Source: Mycobacteriales bacterium (lineage in GTDB: Bacteria; Actinomycetota; Actinomycetes; Mycobacteriales; CADCTP01). From it: a stretch of 64,000 nucleotides of DNA. Of the stretch, positions 1 through 7,626 are shown in pieces. Below the pieces are notes generated by a model that had not been told where the DNA came from, searched no databases, and worked only from the letters and a program-made list of their open reading frames with translations. A program made the position numbers and the translations under genes. The DNA lies in assembly GCA_036558285.1 (NCBI GenBank), contig DATBFW010000145.1:19214-83213 (forward strand), written 5' to 3'. Each line of letters opens with the position of its first letter. Positions within the stretch are counted from its first letter, which is position 1.

Positions 1-1028
1 ATGATGCACGGGTCGCTGGTGCCGCCGTTGAACTCGTACCGCTTCCACATCTTGAACGGGGTGTTGAACGCCATCGCCCAGCCGGTCGGGTAGTGGTTGT
101 AGGTTTTGGTGCTGCCGAGCTCGTCGAGCATGGCCAGGTTCTGCTCGAGGTCGTCGGGCAGCCCGTTCATGAACATCATCTCGTTGACCGAGCCGTTCGG
201 TCCGCTCTCCGCGCTGGCGCCGTTGTCGGAGACCACCATCAGCAGCGTGTTGTCGAGCTCGCCGATCGCCTCCAGGTAGTCCAGCAGTCGGCCGATGTGG
301 TGGTCGGCGTGCGACAGGAACCCGGCGTAGACCTCCGCCATGCGGGCGAACAGCCGCTTCTCCTCGTCCGACAGCGAGGCCCATGGCCGGGTGAAGTCCA
401 GCAGCGGGAACGGCTTACCCTCGGGCCCGGTAGGTGAGGTGGTAGCCCTCCTCCGGCGACCGCGGCTGGTCCACCGGGTGGTTGTCGTAGACCAGGTCCG
501 GATACCACCGGTTCGTCTCGGCGCCGAGGAAGCCGTACCACCGCTCGAACCCGCGGCCGCTGGGCCAGTTCCGCCGGGTCGCGGCCAGGTTCATCTCGTC
601 GGTCGGGCACAGGTGCCACTTGCCGACCATGTACGTGTTCCACCCGTACTCGCCGAGGATCTCGGACAGCATGCCGTTCTCCGGAGGCACGGTGCCGCGG
701 GCGTTGGGAAAGCCGATGGCCGCCTCGGTGATACAGGCCATCGAGTTGCGGGTGTGGTTCCGTCCGGTCAGCAGGCACGAGCGGGTCGGCGAGCACGCGC
801 GGTCGTGTGCCACTGGGTGTAGCGCAGGCCCGCCGCCGCGATCCGGTCGATGTTCGGCGTGTCGATCGGCCCGCCGTAGCAGTTCAGTGCCGCGAATCCG
901 ACGTCGTCCAGCACGATGTACACCACGTTGGGCGCTCCGGCGGGCGCCCGCGCCGCCCGGAACGGCGACCAGTCCGGGACCGAATCCCGGATATCGACGT
1001 TGACGACGCCGCCGAACCGCTCCGCCAT
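1..1028 (-). pseudogene. Arylsulfatase (type I sulfatase) gene, disrupted; its 3' end runs off the window start
   Basis: N-terminus MAERFGG..NVVYIVLDDVGFAALNCYGG..LRYTQWHTTA (ORF 768-1028). The sulfatase signature CSPTRSCLLTGRNH continues in a different frame (tail of ORF 415-2667) because one base is missing from the Leu codon at ~796-797. After ..SPEEGYHLT the reading jumps at ~430-440 into a third frame (TGPEGKPFPLLDFTRPW..MAEVYAGFLSHADHHIGRLLDYLE..VSDNGAS..FKMWKRYEFNGGTSDPCII). From memory, family members carry about 100 more residues at this junction. Confidence 0.8.
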
Positions 1029-1228
1029 GACAGCCCCTCGTGCCGCTGCGACCGGATCGAGTCTCTCGGGGGCCGGCGGCCCGGCGAACCCCTCGCCGGG
1101 GATGAATCGGCCGGCCGCTCCGTCGGCGCCCGCGCATCATCTGTTCGACGCCGGTCCGGTCGCACCGGGACCGGGTCCGGCGGGTGGACACCACCGGGGT
1201 CGAGGCGTACGTTGCGACCAATCTGTCA

Positions 1229-1243
1229 GTAAGGTTTCCTAAC
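1229..1243. promoter_or_regulatory. AT-rich imperfect palindrome GTAAGGTTTCCTAAC just upstream of the GH9 gene (candidate operator)
   Basis: Arms GTAAGG/CCTAAC (5 of 6 complementary) in a locally low-GC stretch 15 nt before ATG 1258. No known operator consensus recognised. Confidence 0.2.
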
Positions 1244-1257
1244 TTTTGGAGACCACC

Positions 1258-3189
1258 ATGCGGATGCGCCCTCGCCTGAACCTCGTCACGGCATCGCTCC
1301 TGGTGCTCGCGGTCACCCCGGCGGTCGCCTCGGCCGCGCCGGCATCGGCCTCCGACGGCGCCCCAGCCGGCGGGCTGGTCCGGGTCGACCAGGTCGGTTA
1401 CGCGCTGGACGAGAGCAAGCAGGGCTACCTGATGACCACGGCGACGCTGCCGAGGCCGGCGTTCGCCGTGACCGACAGCGCCGGGCGCGTCGTGCTGACC
1501 GGCCGCGCCGGCAGCAGCCTGGGTGGCTGGAACGCCCGCTACCAGGGCGTCTACCCGCTGGACTTCAGCGGCCTGCACCGGCGTGGCGTCTACCGGCTGG
1601 ACGTGCCCGGCCTGCACGCACGCTCGGTGCCGTTCCGGATCGACCGGGCCGACGCGCTCTGGCGGCCGCGGGTCGCCGACACCGTCGCGTTCTTCCAGGC
1701 CCAGCGGGACGGGCGGCACGTCGTCGGCGGCCCCTTGCGCCGCAAGCCGTCCCACCTCCACGACGCCACCGCCGCGGTCTACGCGCACCCGCAGTACGAG
1801 GACCCGGACAGCGACGTGATCGTCGGGGCGAGCCTGCGCCGGATCGGCGGCCCGGTGGACCTGGAAGGCGGCTGGTTCGACGCCGGCGACTTCATCAAGT
1901 TCACCCACACCACGGCGTACGCCGACAGCCTGCTGCTCGTCGCCGAGCGCGACCTGGGCCACGAGGCGCCGGCGAGCCTCGACAGGGAGATCCGGTTCGG
2001 GCTCGACTGGCTGCGCAAGGCCTGGGACCCGGCTCGCAACCGGCTCTACATCCAGGTCGGCATCGGCTCCGGCAACCAGGAGGGCACCTTCCTCGGTGAC
2101 CACGACCTGTGGCGGCTGCCGGAGAAGGACGACGCGCTGACCGGCGCGGAGAACCGGTACCTGGCGCACCGGCCTGCGTTCGACACCGACGCCGCACCCG
2201 GCCGGCTCGCGCCGAACCAGGCCGGCCGGATGTCCGCCGCGTTCGCGCTGGCCGCCCAGGTCGACGCGGCAACCCGACCGGGGCGCGCCCGCGCCGAGCT
2301 GGCCCTGGCCGCGGACATCTTCGCCCGGGCCAAGACCACCGGGGTCACCGAAGCCGACGTGGTGACCGCACTGCCGCACGCGTTCTACCCGGAGAGCGCC
2401 TGGCGGGACGACATGGAGCTGGGCGGCACCGAGCTCGCCCGGGCCGGCGCCCGGCTGCACGACCCGCGGGCGGGGGCATGGCTGGTGGCCGCGTCCCACT
2501 GGGCGGCGGACTACCTGCGCACCGAGGCCGCCGGCGGCGACACGCTCAACCTGTACGACGTCAGCGCGCTCGCGCACGCGGAGCTGATCCGCACGATCCG
2601 GCTCGGCGCCGGCCGTCCGCGGCTGGCGGTCTCCCCCGCCCGCCTGCTCGCCGACCTGCGCCGGCAACTGGCCATCGGGCTCGACCGCGCCGCCGGTGAC
2701 CCGTTCCGGGCCGGCGGGAACTACACCGACTTCGACGTCGCGTCACACACCTTCGGGCTGGTCGCCACCGCCGCGCTCTACCGGCAGGTGACCGGCCGGC
2801 AGGACTACGACCGGTTCGCCAGCCGGCAGCGCGACTGGGTCTTCGGCGCCAACCCCTGGGGCGCGTCGCTCATGATCGGCGCCGGCACGACGTTCCCCGC
2901 CTGCCCGCAGCACGTGGTGGCCAACCTGTCCGGCCGCCTGGACCGGACACCCCCGGTGCTGCGCGGCGCGGTGGTGAACGGGCCGAACAGCGCCGACCTG
3001 TTCACCGACGGCCTCGGCGAGTTCTTCGACACCGGGCGCACCTGCCCGGCCGACGGCGTCGACCGCTACGCGCCCTTCAACGGCCGGGGCAGCCAGTACA
3101 TCGACGACGTACGGGCCTGGCAGACGGTCGAGCCCGCCATCGACTTCACCGCGACCGCGGCACTCGCCCTCTCGCTGATCGCCACCTGA
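1258..3189 (+). CDS. Secreted glycoside hydrolase family 9 endoglucanase
   Basis: Signal peptide MRMRPRLNLVTASLLVLAVTPAVASA after RBS TGGAGA. GH9 hallmarks GGWFDAGDFIKF, DHDLWRLPEKDD and C-terminal YIDDVRAWQTVEPAIDF. ORF track 1246-3189; ATG 1258 preferred as start. Confidence 0.9.
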   Translation: MRMRPRLNLVTASLLVLAVTPAVASAAPASASDGAPAGGLVRVDQVGYALDESKQGYLMTTATLPRPAFAVTDSAGRVVLTGRAGSSLGGWNARYQGVYPLDFSGLHRRGVYRLDVPGLHARSVPFRIDRADALWRPRVADTVAFFQAQRDGRHVVGGPLRRKPSHLHDATAAVYAHPQYEDPDSDVIVGASLRRIGGPVDLEGGWFDAGDFIKFTHTTAYADSLLLVAERDLGHEAPASLDREIRFGLDWLRKAWDPARNRLYIQVGIGSGNQEGTFLGDHDLWRLPEKDDALTGAENRYLAHRPAFDTDAAPGRLAPNQAGRMSAAFALAAQVDAATRPGRARAELALAADIFARAKTTGVTEADVVTALPHAFYPESAWRDDMELGGTELARAGARLHDPRAGAWLVAASHWAADYLRTEAAGGDTLNLYDVSALAHAELIRTIRLGAGRPRLAVSPARLLADLRRQLAIGLDRAAGDPFRAGGNYTDFDVASHTFGLVATAALYRQVTGRQDYDRFASRQRDWVFGANPWGASLMIGAGTTFPACPQHVVANLSGRLDRTPPVLRGAVVNGPNSADLFTDGLGEFFDTGRTCPADGVDRYAPFNGRGSQYIDDVRAWQTVEPAIDFTATAALALSLIAT

Positions 3190-3203
3190 CGCGCGCAGCG
3201 TCA
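3187..3203. terminator. Short hairpin TGACGC-GCGCA-GCGTCA spanning both stop codons of convergent genes
   Basis: 6-bp stem, 5-nt loop, seen directly. It includes TGA of the GH9 gene and TCA (rc TGA) of the minus-strand ORF. No U-tract. Confidence 0.3.
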
Positions 3204-3596
3204 GTGCCGGCCGCCGGGCGCCAGCAGGCGCACCTCGCCGGGCAGCACGAGGCCCTCGGCGGCGAGCGCACGCAGCAGCCGGCGCAGCTCCTCGGTGTCG
3301 AGCCCGTTGTAGGGCGGTGGGTCCTGGTGCGGCAGCTGGAGCGCCCGCGCCGCCTTGATCGCCGGCCAGCTGATCGCCGCCTCCAGCGGCTTGAGCCACC
3401 TGGCGTGGACCGGGTCCCTGGACCGGCTCAGCTGCTCGTGCCTCCACAACAGGCGACGCAGGTCGTGGGCGAGCTGCTCGATCGGCGGGCCGGTGGGGGT
3501 CAGGTCGCGCCCGGCGCGCCGGCCACCGGCGAGCCACCGGAGGAGTCGGCGCAGGCGACCCGGGTCGCGATGCCGTCCGGCTGCGCCCATGCTCAT
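3201..3596 (-). CDS. Hypothetical protein
   Basis: ORF 3201-3632. ATG at 3596 (MSMGAAGRH..) has AGGAG 7 nt upstream. No family recognised. Confidence 0.45.
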   Translation of the reverse strand: MSMGAAGRHRDPGRLRRLLRWLAGGRRAGRDLTPTGPPIEQLAHDLRRLLWRHEQLSRSRDPVHARWLKPLEAAISWPAIKAARALQLPHQDPPPYNGLDTEELRRLLRALAAEGLVLPGEVRLLAPGGRH

Positions 3597-3783
3597 GGCT
3601 GGCTCCTGTCGGCGTCGGTGCGGTGCCTGCAACCACGATCGCGCGCAGACCCACTGCCGTCCTCACGGCCAGTGCCCAACTCCACCTACCCGCCACCGGG
3701 AAGTCGGAGGTGCAGGCCGCCGGCATCGTTACCCGGCCACGGCCGGCGCATGCGGCGGGAGTGCCGACGCCGCCAGGGGGCGG

Positions 3784-4338
3784 CTAGGTCGTCATCAGGC
3801 CGCGGCAGGCGTCGACGATGTCGACCATGCCGACCAGGCGGCCGTCGTCGACGACCGGGAGGTGGCGGATGCGGGAGGCCACCATGACGTTGGCCGCGGC
3901 GACGGCGGTCTGCTCCGGCGCCACCGTGATCGGCCGCCGCGCCGGCAGGTCGCTGATCCGTACGTCGTTGGGATCCTTGCCGTCCGCGACCGCGGCGGCG
4001 ATGTCCGTGTCGGTGATCACCGCGACCGGCCGGAGGTCGGCCTCGTCCTCGACCACGACCAGCGCGCTGTCGCCCGCCTTCTTCATCAGGTAGGCCGCGG
4101 CGGCGAGATGGGCGTCCCGCTCGACGCTGACGACCGGCGGCCGCATCAGGTCGCGCACCCGGATCGGCCGCTCCTCCACCCGCTCCAGCGACCGCACGTG
4201 ATCGTCGCGCACCCGAAGGATCGCGTCGCCGCCCCGGAACAGGACGGTCCAGCCGTCCTCCTGCTCGACGGTCACGCCGGCGAACGTCTCGCGCGCGACC
4301 TGCTCGCCGTCGCCGTACACCATCCGGTACGTCGCCAT
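3784..4338 (-). CDS. CBS domain-pair protein
   Basis: MATYRMVYGDGE.. then two CBS-like repeats (VRDLMRPPVVSV..ALVVVEDE; ISDLPARRPITV..IRHLPVVDDGRLVGMVDIVD). GGAGG lies upstream of ATG 4338. The long N-terminal extension in ORF 3784-4665 looks non-coding. Confidence 0.85.
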   Translation of the reverse strand: MATYRMVYGDGEQVARETFAGVTVEQEDGWTVLFRGGDAILRVRDDHVRSLERVEERPIRVRDLMRPPVVSVERDAHLAAAAYLMKKAGDSALVVVEDEADLRPVAVITDTDIAAAVADGKDPNDVRISDLPARRPITVAPEQTAVAAANVMVASRIRHLPVVDDGRLVGMVDIVDACRGLMTT

Positions 4339-4427
4339 GCCCCTGGCACCTCCGGCGGGTCTCTGGTCTCGATCACGAGCGTACGCCGACGGCGCGAGCG
4401 GGCGCGGCCCGGACGGCGGCGCCGGAA

Positions 4428-5102
4428 CTACGCCTCGCGCGGGGCGACGACCGGTTCCGCGGGCGCGAAGACCGCGGAGAACAGGTAGCTGGTCGCCAGG
4501 CTGCGGTACGGCCGCCACGGCTCGGCGATCGCGAGCACCTCCGGCTCGGTGGGCAGGTGGTCGAGCCCGTACGCGGCCCGCACCGCCTTGCGCAGCGCCA
4601 GGTCGCCCGGCAGCACGACGTCCGCCCGCTGCAGCGCGACGAGCATGGCTCCCTCCACCGTCCACGGACCGATGCCCGGGACCGCGGTCAGCTCGGCCAG
4701 GAGCTCGTCGTCCGGCAGGCCGCGCAGGACGTCCGGGTCGAGCCGGCCGTCGGAGAACCGCTCGGCCAGGTCGCGCAGCGTGCCGACCTTCCGCCAGGAC
4801 AGCCCCGCCTCGCGGAGCCGGCCCGGATCCACCGCGAGCAGTTCGGCGGGCTCCGGGAGGCGACCGGCGAACAGGCCCTCGATGCGGCCGATGATCCGCC
4901 GGGTCGCGACCACGGACAGCTGCTGGCCGGTGACCTGGAACAATAGCGCGCCGTAGAGGTCCATCGGCGGCAGCTCCGCCAGCCAGGCCCGCGGGTCGAA
5001 ACCCGGCCGCTCGTCGATGAGCCGGCCGATCACCGGGTCGGCCTCGCGAAGGTGGGCCCGCGCCTTCCGCAGCCCCGCCGCCCCGTCGGAGTCCTTGGTC
5101 AC
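4428..5102 (-). CDS. DNA-3-methyladenine glycosylase II-like base-excision enzyme (HhH-GPD, AlkA family)
   Basis: LFQVTGQQLSVVATRRI, LTAVPGIGPWTVEGAML (helix-hairpin-helix GPD) and PGDLALRKAV. GTG 5102 is preceded by GGGAGGG. Confidence 0.85.
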   Translation of the reverse strand: MTKDSDGAAGLRKARAHLREADPVIGRLIDERPGFDPRAWLAELPPMDLYGALLFQVTGQQLSVVATRRIIGRIEGLFAGRLPEPAELLAVDPGRLREAGLSWRKVGTLRDLAERFSDGRLDPDVLRGLPDDELLAELTAVPGIGPWTVEGAMLVALQRADVVLPGDLALRKAVRAAYGLDHLPTEPEVLAIAEPWRPYRSLATSYLFSAVFAPAEPVVAPREA

Positions 5103-5170
5103 CGAACCCTCCCTCTGCCGGCCCGAGACACTCCGTACCCCATCGACCGCCGGCCGGTCCAGCGCGGAAT

Positions 5171-5186
5171 TTCCGGCTAGCCGGGA
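5171..5186. promoter_or_regulatory. CTAG-centred palindrome, site D (TTCCGGCTAGCCGGGA)
   Basis: 15 of 16 match to the consensus TTCCGGCTAGCCGGAA derived from seven copies in this window. Lies 69 nt upstream of the AlkA-like start (minus strand). Confidence 0.5.
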
Positions 5187-5355
5187 CCTCGGGATTCCGG
5201 TGACCGGGAAGGCGAGATGGGTGTCAGCGCTGCTGAAAACCGCCCCGAAAACGGGCCGAGTGTCGAAAGCCGAGCGAAGGCCGCCCGCGAGGCCACCGAG
5301 GCAGTGGCCACGGGACCGCGGGGTCGCACCAACTGGACCCGCGGGGTCCGGCGGG

Positions 5356-5529
5356 GCGTTGATCATCGTCTCGGTGTTCTTCGTCTTCCGGCAGATCACC
5401 GGCATCAACGTGCCGTTCTACTACGGCCCGACCCTGCTCGGCCCGATCTTCGGCGGCACCGGCAGCCTCCTCAACCAGACGGTCGCCGGCCTCGAGGTCA
5501 CCGCCATGCTGGCCGCCGTCAACGTCGTT
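5356..5529 (+). pseudogene. Fragment of an MFS sugar-porter gene
   Basis: ALIIVSVFFVFRQITGINVPFYYGPTLLGPIFGG..NQTVAGLEVTAMLAAVNVV resembles the QQ(L/F)TGIN..YY.P loop/TM7-8 region of sugar porters. There is no N- or C-terminal remainder in any frame. Confidence 0.55.
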
Positions 5530-5664
5530 AGGGCGGCGGGCGCGTCGACCGGCCCCGGCGACACCCCGACCGCGGCCGTCCGCAGCGACGCCCACTGACT
5601 GCGACGCCGGCCCCCGAGTGGCCCGGACGCACACCGACGCTGCGCCGTTCTCGGGCCGCGGCCG

Positions 5665-5850
5665 ATGACGGAGAGCCGACGCAGTGGGCGTGGGATCGGC
5701 TACGTGCTCAAGCGCCGGGTGGCGGACGTGGCGGGTTCCTGGACACGATCGAAGCACGTACGGAGCATCCTGGCGAAACTGAGCCTGTGCGAGGTCGACG
5801 ACGACCACCGCCGGGTGCTCGCCGTGCTCACCTTCCTCGAGGCGTCCTAA
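5665..5850 (+). pseudogene. Remnant of a NarL/LuxR-type response regulator (decayed paralogue of 11991-12650)
   Basis: GYVLKRRVADV...KHVRSILAKLSLCEVDDDHRRVLAVLTFLEAS parallels GYLLKDRVVDM...EKHVRSILAKLDLPETEDDHRRVLAVVTFLGAR of the intact gene. The receiver domain and most of the HTH are missing. Confidence 0.65.
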
Positions 5851-5855
5851 TGGCC

Positions 5856-6218
5856 CTAGCCGGCGAGCAGGTCGCGGATCGCGCCGGCGGACAGCGAGAT
5901 CTTCGGGATGAACCCGACCGCGGGGCTGGCGGCGATCAGCTCGGCGTAGTCCTCCTCGGGATGGGTCGAGATCAGGATCACCGGCGGCGCCGCCGGGCCG
6001 CCGGCGTCGTGCAGCCGGTGGCTCAGCTCGAGGCCGCTCTCCCCGCCCAGGTCGATGTCCATGAGCACGACGTCCGGACGCAGATCCGCCGTCTGCCGCA
6101 GTGCCTCGGCACCGGTCGACGCCACCCCGGCCACGGTGATCCCCTGCAGCTCGAGCAGGCCGCGGGCGGCAGCGAGGAACTGCGGACTGTCGTCGACGAC
6201 CAGGCAGCGCAATTCCAT
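5856..6218 (-). CDS. Single-domain response regulator (REC only), paralogue 1
   Basis: MELRCLVVDDSP..RPDVVLMDIDLGGESG..PVILISTH..VGFIPK carries the acidic pocket, acceptor Asp, Thr/Ser and Lys positions. No output domain. Confidence 0.85.
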   Translation of the reverse strand: MELRCLVVDDSPQFLAAARGLLELQGITVAGVASTGAEALRQTADLRPDVVLMDIDLGGESGLELSHRLHDAGGPAAPPVILISTHPEEDYAELIAASPAVGFIPKISLSAGAIRDLLAG

Positions 6219-6252
6219 GACTCGATCGTGCAAGGCCGGCCTCCGGCATGCA

Positions 6253-6268
6253 TCCCAGCTACCTGGAA
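6253..6268. promoter_or_regulatory. CTAG-family palindrome, site F (TCCCAGCTACCTGGAA), degenerate
   Basis: 12 of 16 to consensus. Lies 35 nt upstream of the REC-only start 6218, in the same relative position as site E before the paralogous gene. Confidence 0.4.
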
Positions 6269-6283
6269 GGCAGACGGTAGCGT

Positions 6284-7207
6284 TCAGACGACCTCGGCGG
6301 CGGGGTCGAGTTTGACGTCGATGAGCAGCGGCCGGTCCCGTTCGGCGATGACCTTCGCCAGCTGCGCCAGGTCGGCCGCCGTACGGACGGTGACGCCGGC
6401 GCCGCCGAGCGCGTCGGCGACCGGCGCGAGGTCGGGCCACGGGATGAGGCTGAGGCCGACGTCGTGGCCGCGACCCCGCAGGTTGTCGCGCTCGGCGCCG
6501 TAGGCGCCGTCGTTGCAGACGACGGTGATCAGGTCGACGCCGTGCCGGACGGCGGTGTTGAACTCGGTCAGGCCGCCGAGCATGAAGCCGCCGTCGCCGA
6601 CCACGGCGACCGTCGGCGTCTCCGGCCGGGCGCAGGCCAGACCGACGGCCGTCGCGAGGGCGTTGCCGATCGCGCCGAACGCCCGGCCGGGGAAGGACCA
6701 CTGTTCCGGCCGCGGCACGTCGAGCCGCTTCACCGGTACGGACATGAACCTGCCGCCGTCCACGACGACCGAGCGGTCGGGCGGCAGCGCCGCGTTCAGC
6801 GCGTCCATCGCGGCGTCCAGGTCGACGAACTCGCCGGGCCGGCTGCTGCGCCGGCTGACCGGCTCCTCCCACCGCCCGGTCTGCGCGTGCCCGCGCCGGG
6901 CGGTGGCGGTGTCGGCGACGATCAGCACGATCGGCGCCCGTTCCCGGACCGCCGAATACAGCGTGCCCATCGCATTGGCCAGGCCCGGTCCCTGCGTCAC
7001 GGTGGCCACCCCGACCCGGCGGCACCCGAACGCGTACCCGGCCGCCATGAGCACCGACCCCGCCTCGTGCGCGGCCGCGACGTACCGACCGCCCTCGTCG
7101 GCGGTGAAGCTGTCGACGAGATAGACGTTGCCGTCGCCGACGAGACCGAACATCGTCGTGACGCCGTGGTCGGCCAGGGCGGCGGCGAGGGCGGCGTGCA
7201 CCTTCAT
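6284..7207 (-). CDS. Thiamine-diphosphate-dependent enzyme, short form (PYR + PP domains, no central domain)
   Basis: The N-terminus MKVHAALAAALADHGVTTMFGLVGDGN..AAHEAGSVLMAAGYA..TQGPGLANA is PYR-domain-like. The C-terminus VVGDGGFMLGGLTEFNTAVRHGVDLITVVCNDGAYG is the ThDP-binding GDG..N motif. At 307 aa it is much shorter than acetolactate-synthase-like enzymes. Confidence 0.75.
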   Translation of the reverse strand: MKVHAALAAALADHGVTTMFGLVGDGNVYLVDSFTADEGGRYVAAAHEAGSVLMAAGYAFGCRRVGVATVTQGPGLANAMGTLYSAVRERAPIVLIVADTATARRGHAQTGRWEEPVSRRSSRPGEFVDLDAAMDALNAALPPDRSVVVDGGRFMSVPVKRLDVPRPEQWSFPGRAFGAIGNALATAVGLACARPETPTVAVVGDGGFMLGGLTEFNTAVRHGVDLITVVCNDGAYGAERDNLRGRGHDVGLSLIPWPDLAPVADALGGAGVTVRTAADLAQLAKVIAERDRPLLIDVKLDPAAEVV

Positions 7208-7296
7208 GCCGCCGCCCCCGCCAGCGGCAGGAACGCCGCCGGCCGCGGCAGGCTCCCGGAGTGGGTCGTCAGGATCCGGTTCGACGCTGGCTCCAT
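7204..7296 (-). pseudogene. N-terminal 30-codon stub of a MetE-like (cobalamin-independent methionine synthase family) gene
   Basis: GAGGAGAG RBS, then MEPASNRILTTHSGSLPRP (family-typical start), then unrelated sequence and a stop overlapping the next gene's ATG (ATGA). Confidence 0.5.
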
Positions 7297-7422
7297 TGCG
7301 CGCTCTCCTCGTGCGGGACGCGGACACATCACATGCGGTTCCGTACGGCTTCGACGTCGTCGGCGGCGACGGCGAGCCGGGCCGGATCGAGGCCGGCCCG
7401 CTCGACCTGCAACAGCAGCCCG

Positions 7423-7602
7423 GACAGCGTCGACGAGATCGTGCGGGACGTCCGGGAGGCGTTGCGGTTCATCCCGGCCGAGAACCTGATCCTGTCCAGC
7501 GACTGCGGGTTCGGCCGCCAGGGCCTGAGCCGGCTGGTCGCCTTCCACAAGGCCGAGGCCCTCGCCCAGGCGGCCGCGACCGTCCGCGCCGACCTGCCCT
7601 GA
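7423..7602 (+). pseudogene. C-terminal fragment of a MetE-like gene, on the opposite strand to its N-terminal stub
   Basis: DSVDEIVRDVREALRFIPAENLILSSDCGFGRQGLSRLVAFHKAEALAQAAATVRADLP matches the family C-terminus (..lspdCGf..). The upstream part of ORF 7261-7602 is Arg/Ser-rich and looks non-coding. Confidence 0.6.
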
Positions 7603-7626
7603 GCCGCCGGCACCGCCCGGATCGAC

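Noticed and set aside
415-2667. Very long ORFs on the strand or frame opposite to well-supported genes. Examples are 415-2667 (-), 21625-24978 (-), 41894-44548 (-), 47327-50173 (+), 13310-15211 (-), 14533-16950 (+) and 61212-63284 (-).
   Set aside because: Their translations are Arg/Pro/Gly/Ala-rich with no recognisable motifs, as expected for stop-poor off-frames in high-GC DNA. Each overlaps a gene with clear family signatures. Only the short in-family segments were used (for example the sulfatase piece at the end of 415-2667).
5312-5349. Two adjacent GC-rich mini-palindromes (GGGACCGCGGGGTC / GGACCCGCGGGGTCC).
   Set aside because: They lie in degenerate DNA just upstream of the transporter fragment, have no clear relation to any gene end or start, and are of low complexity.
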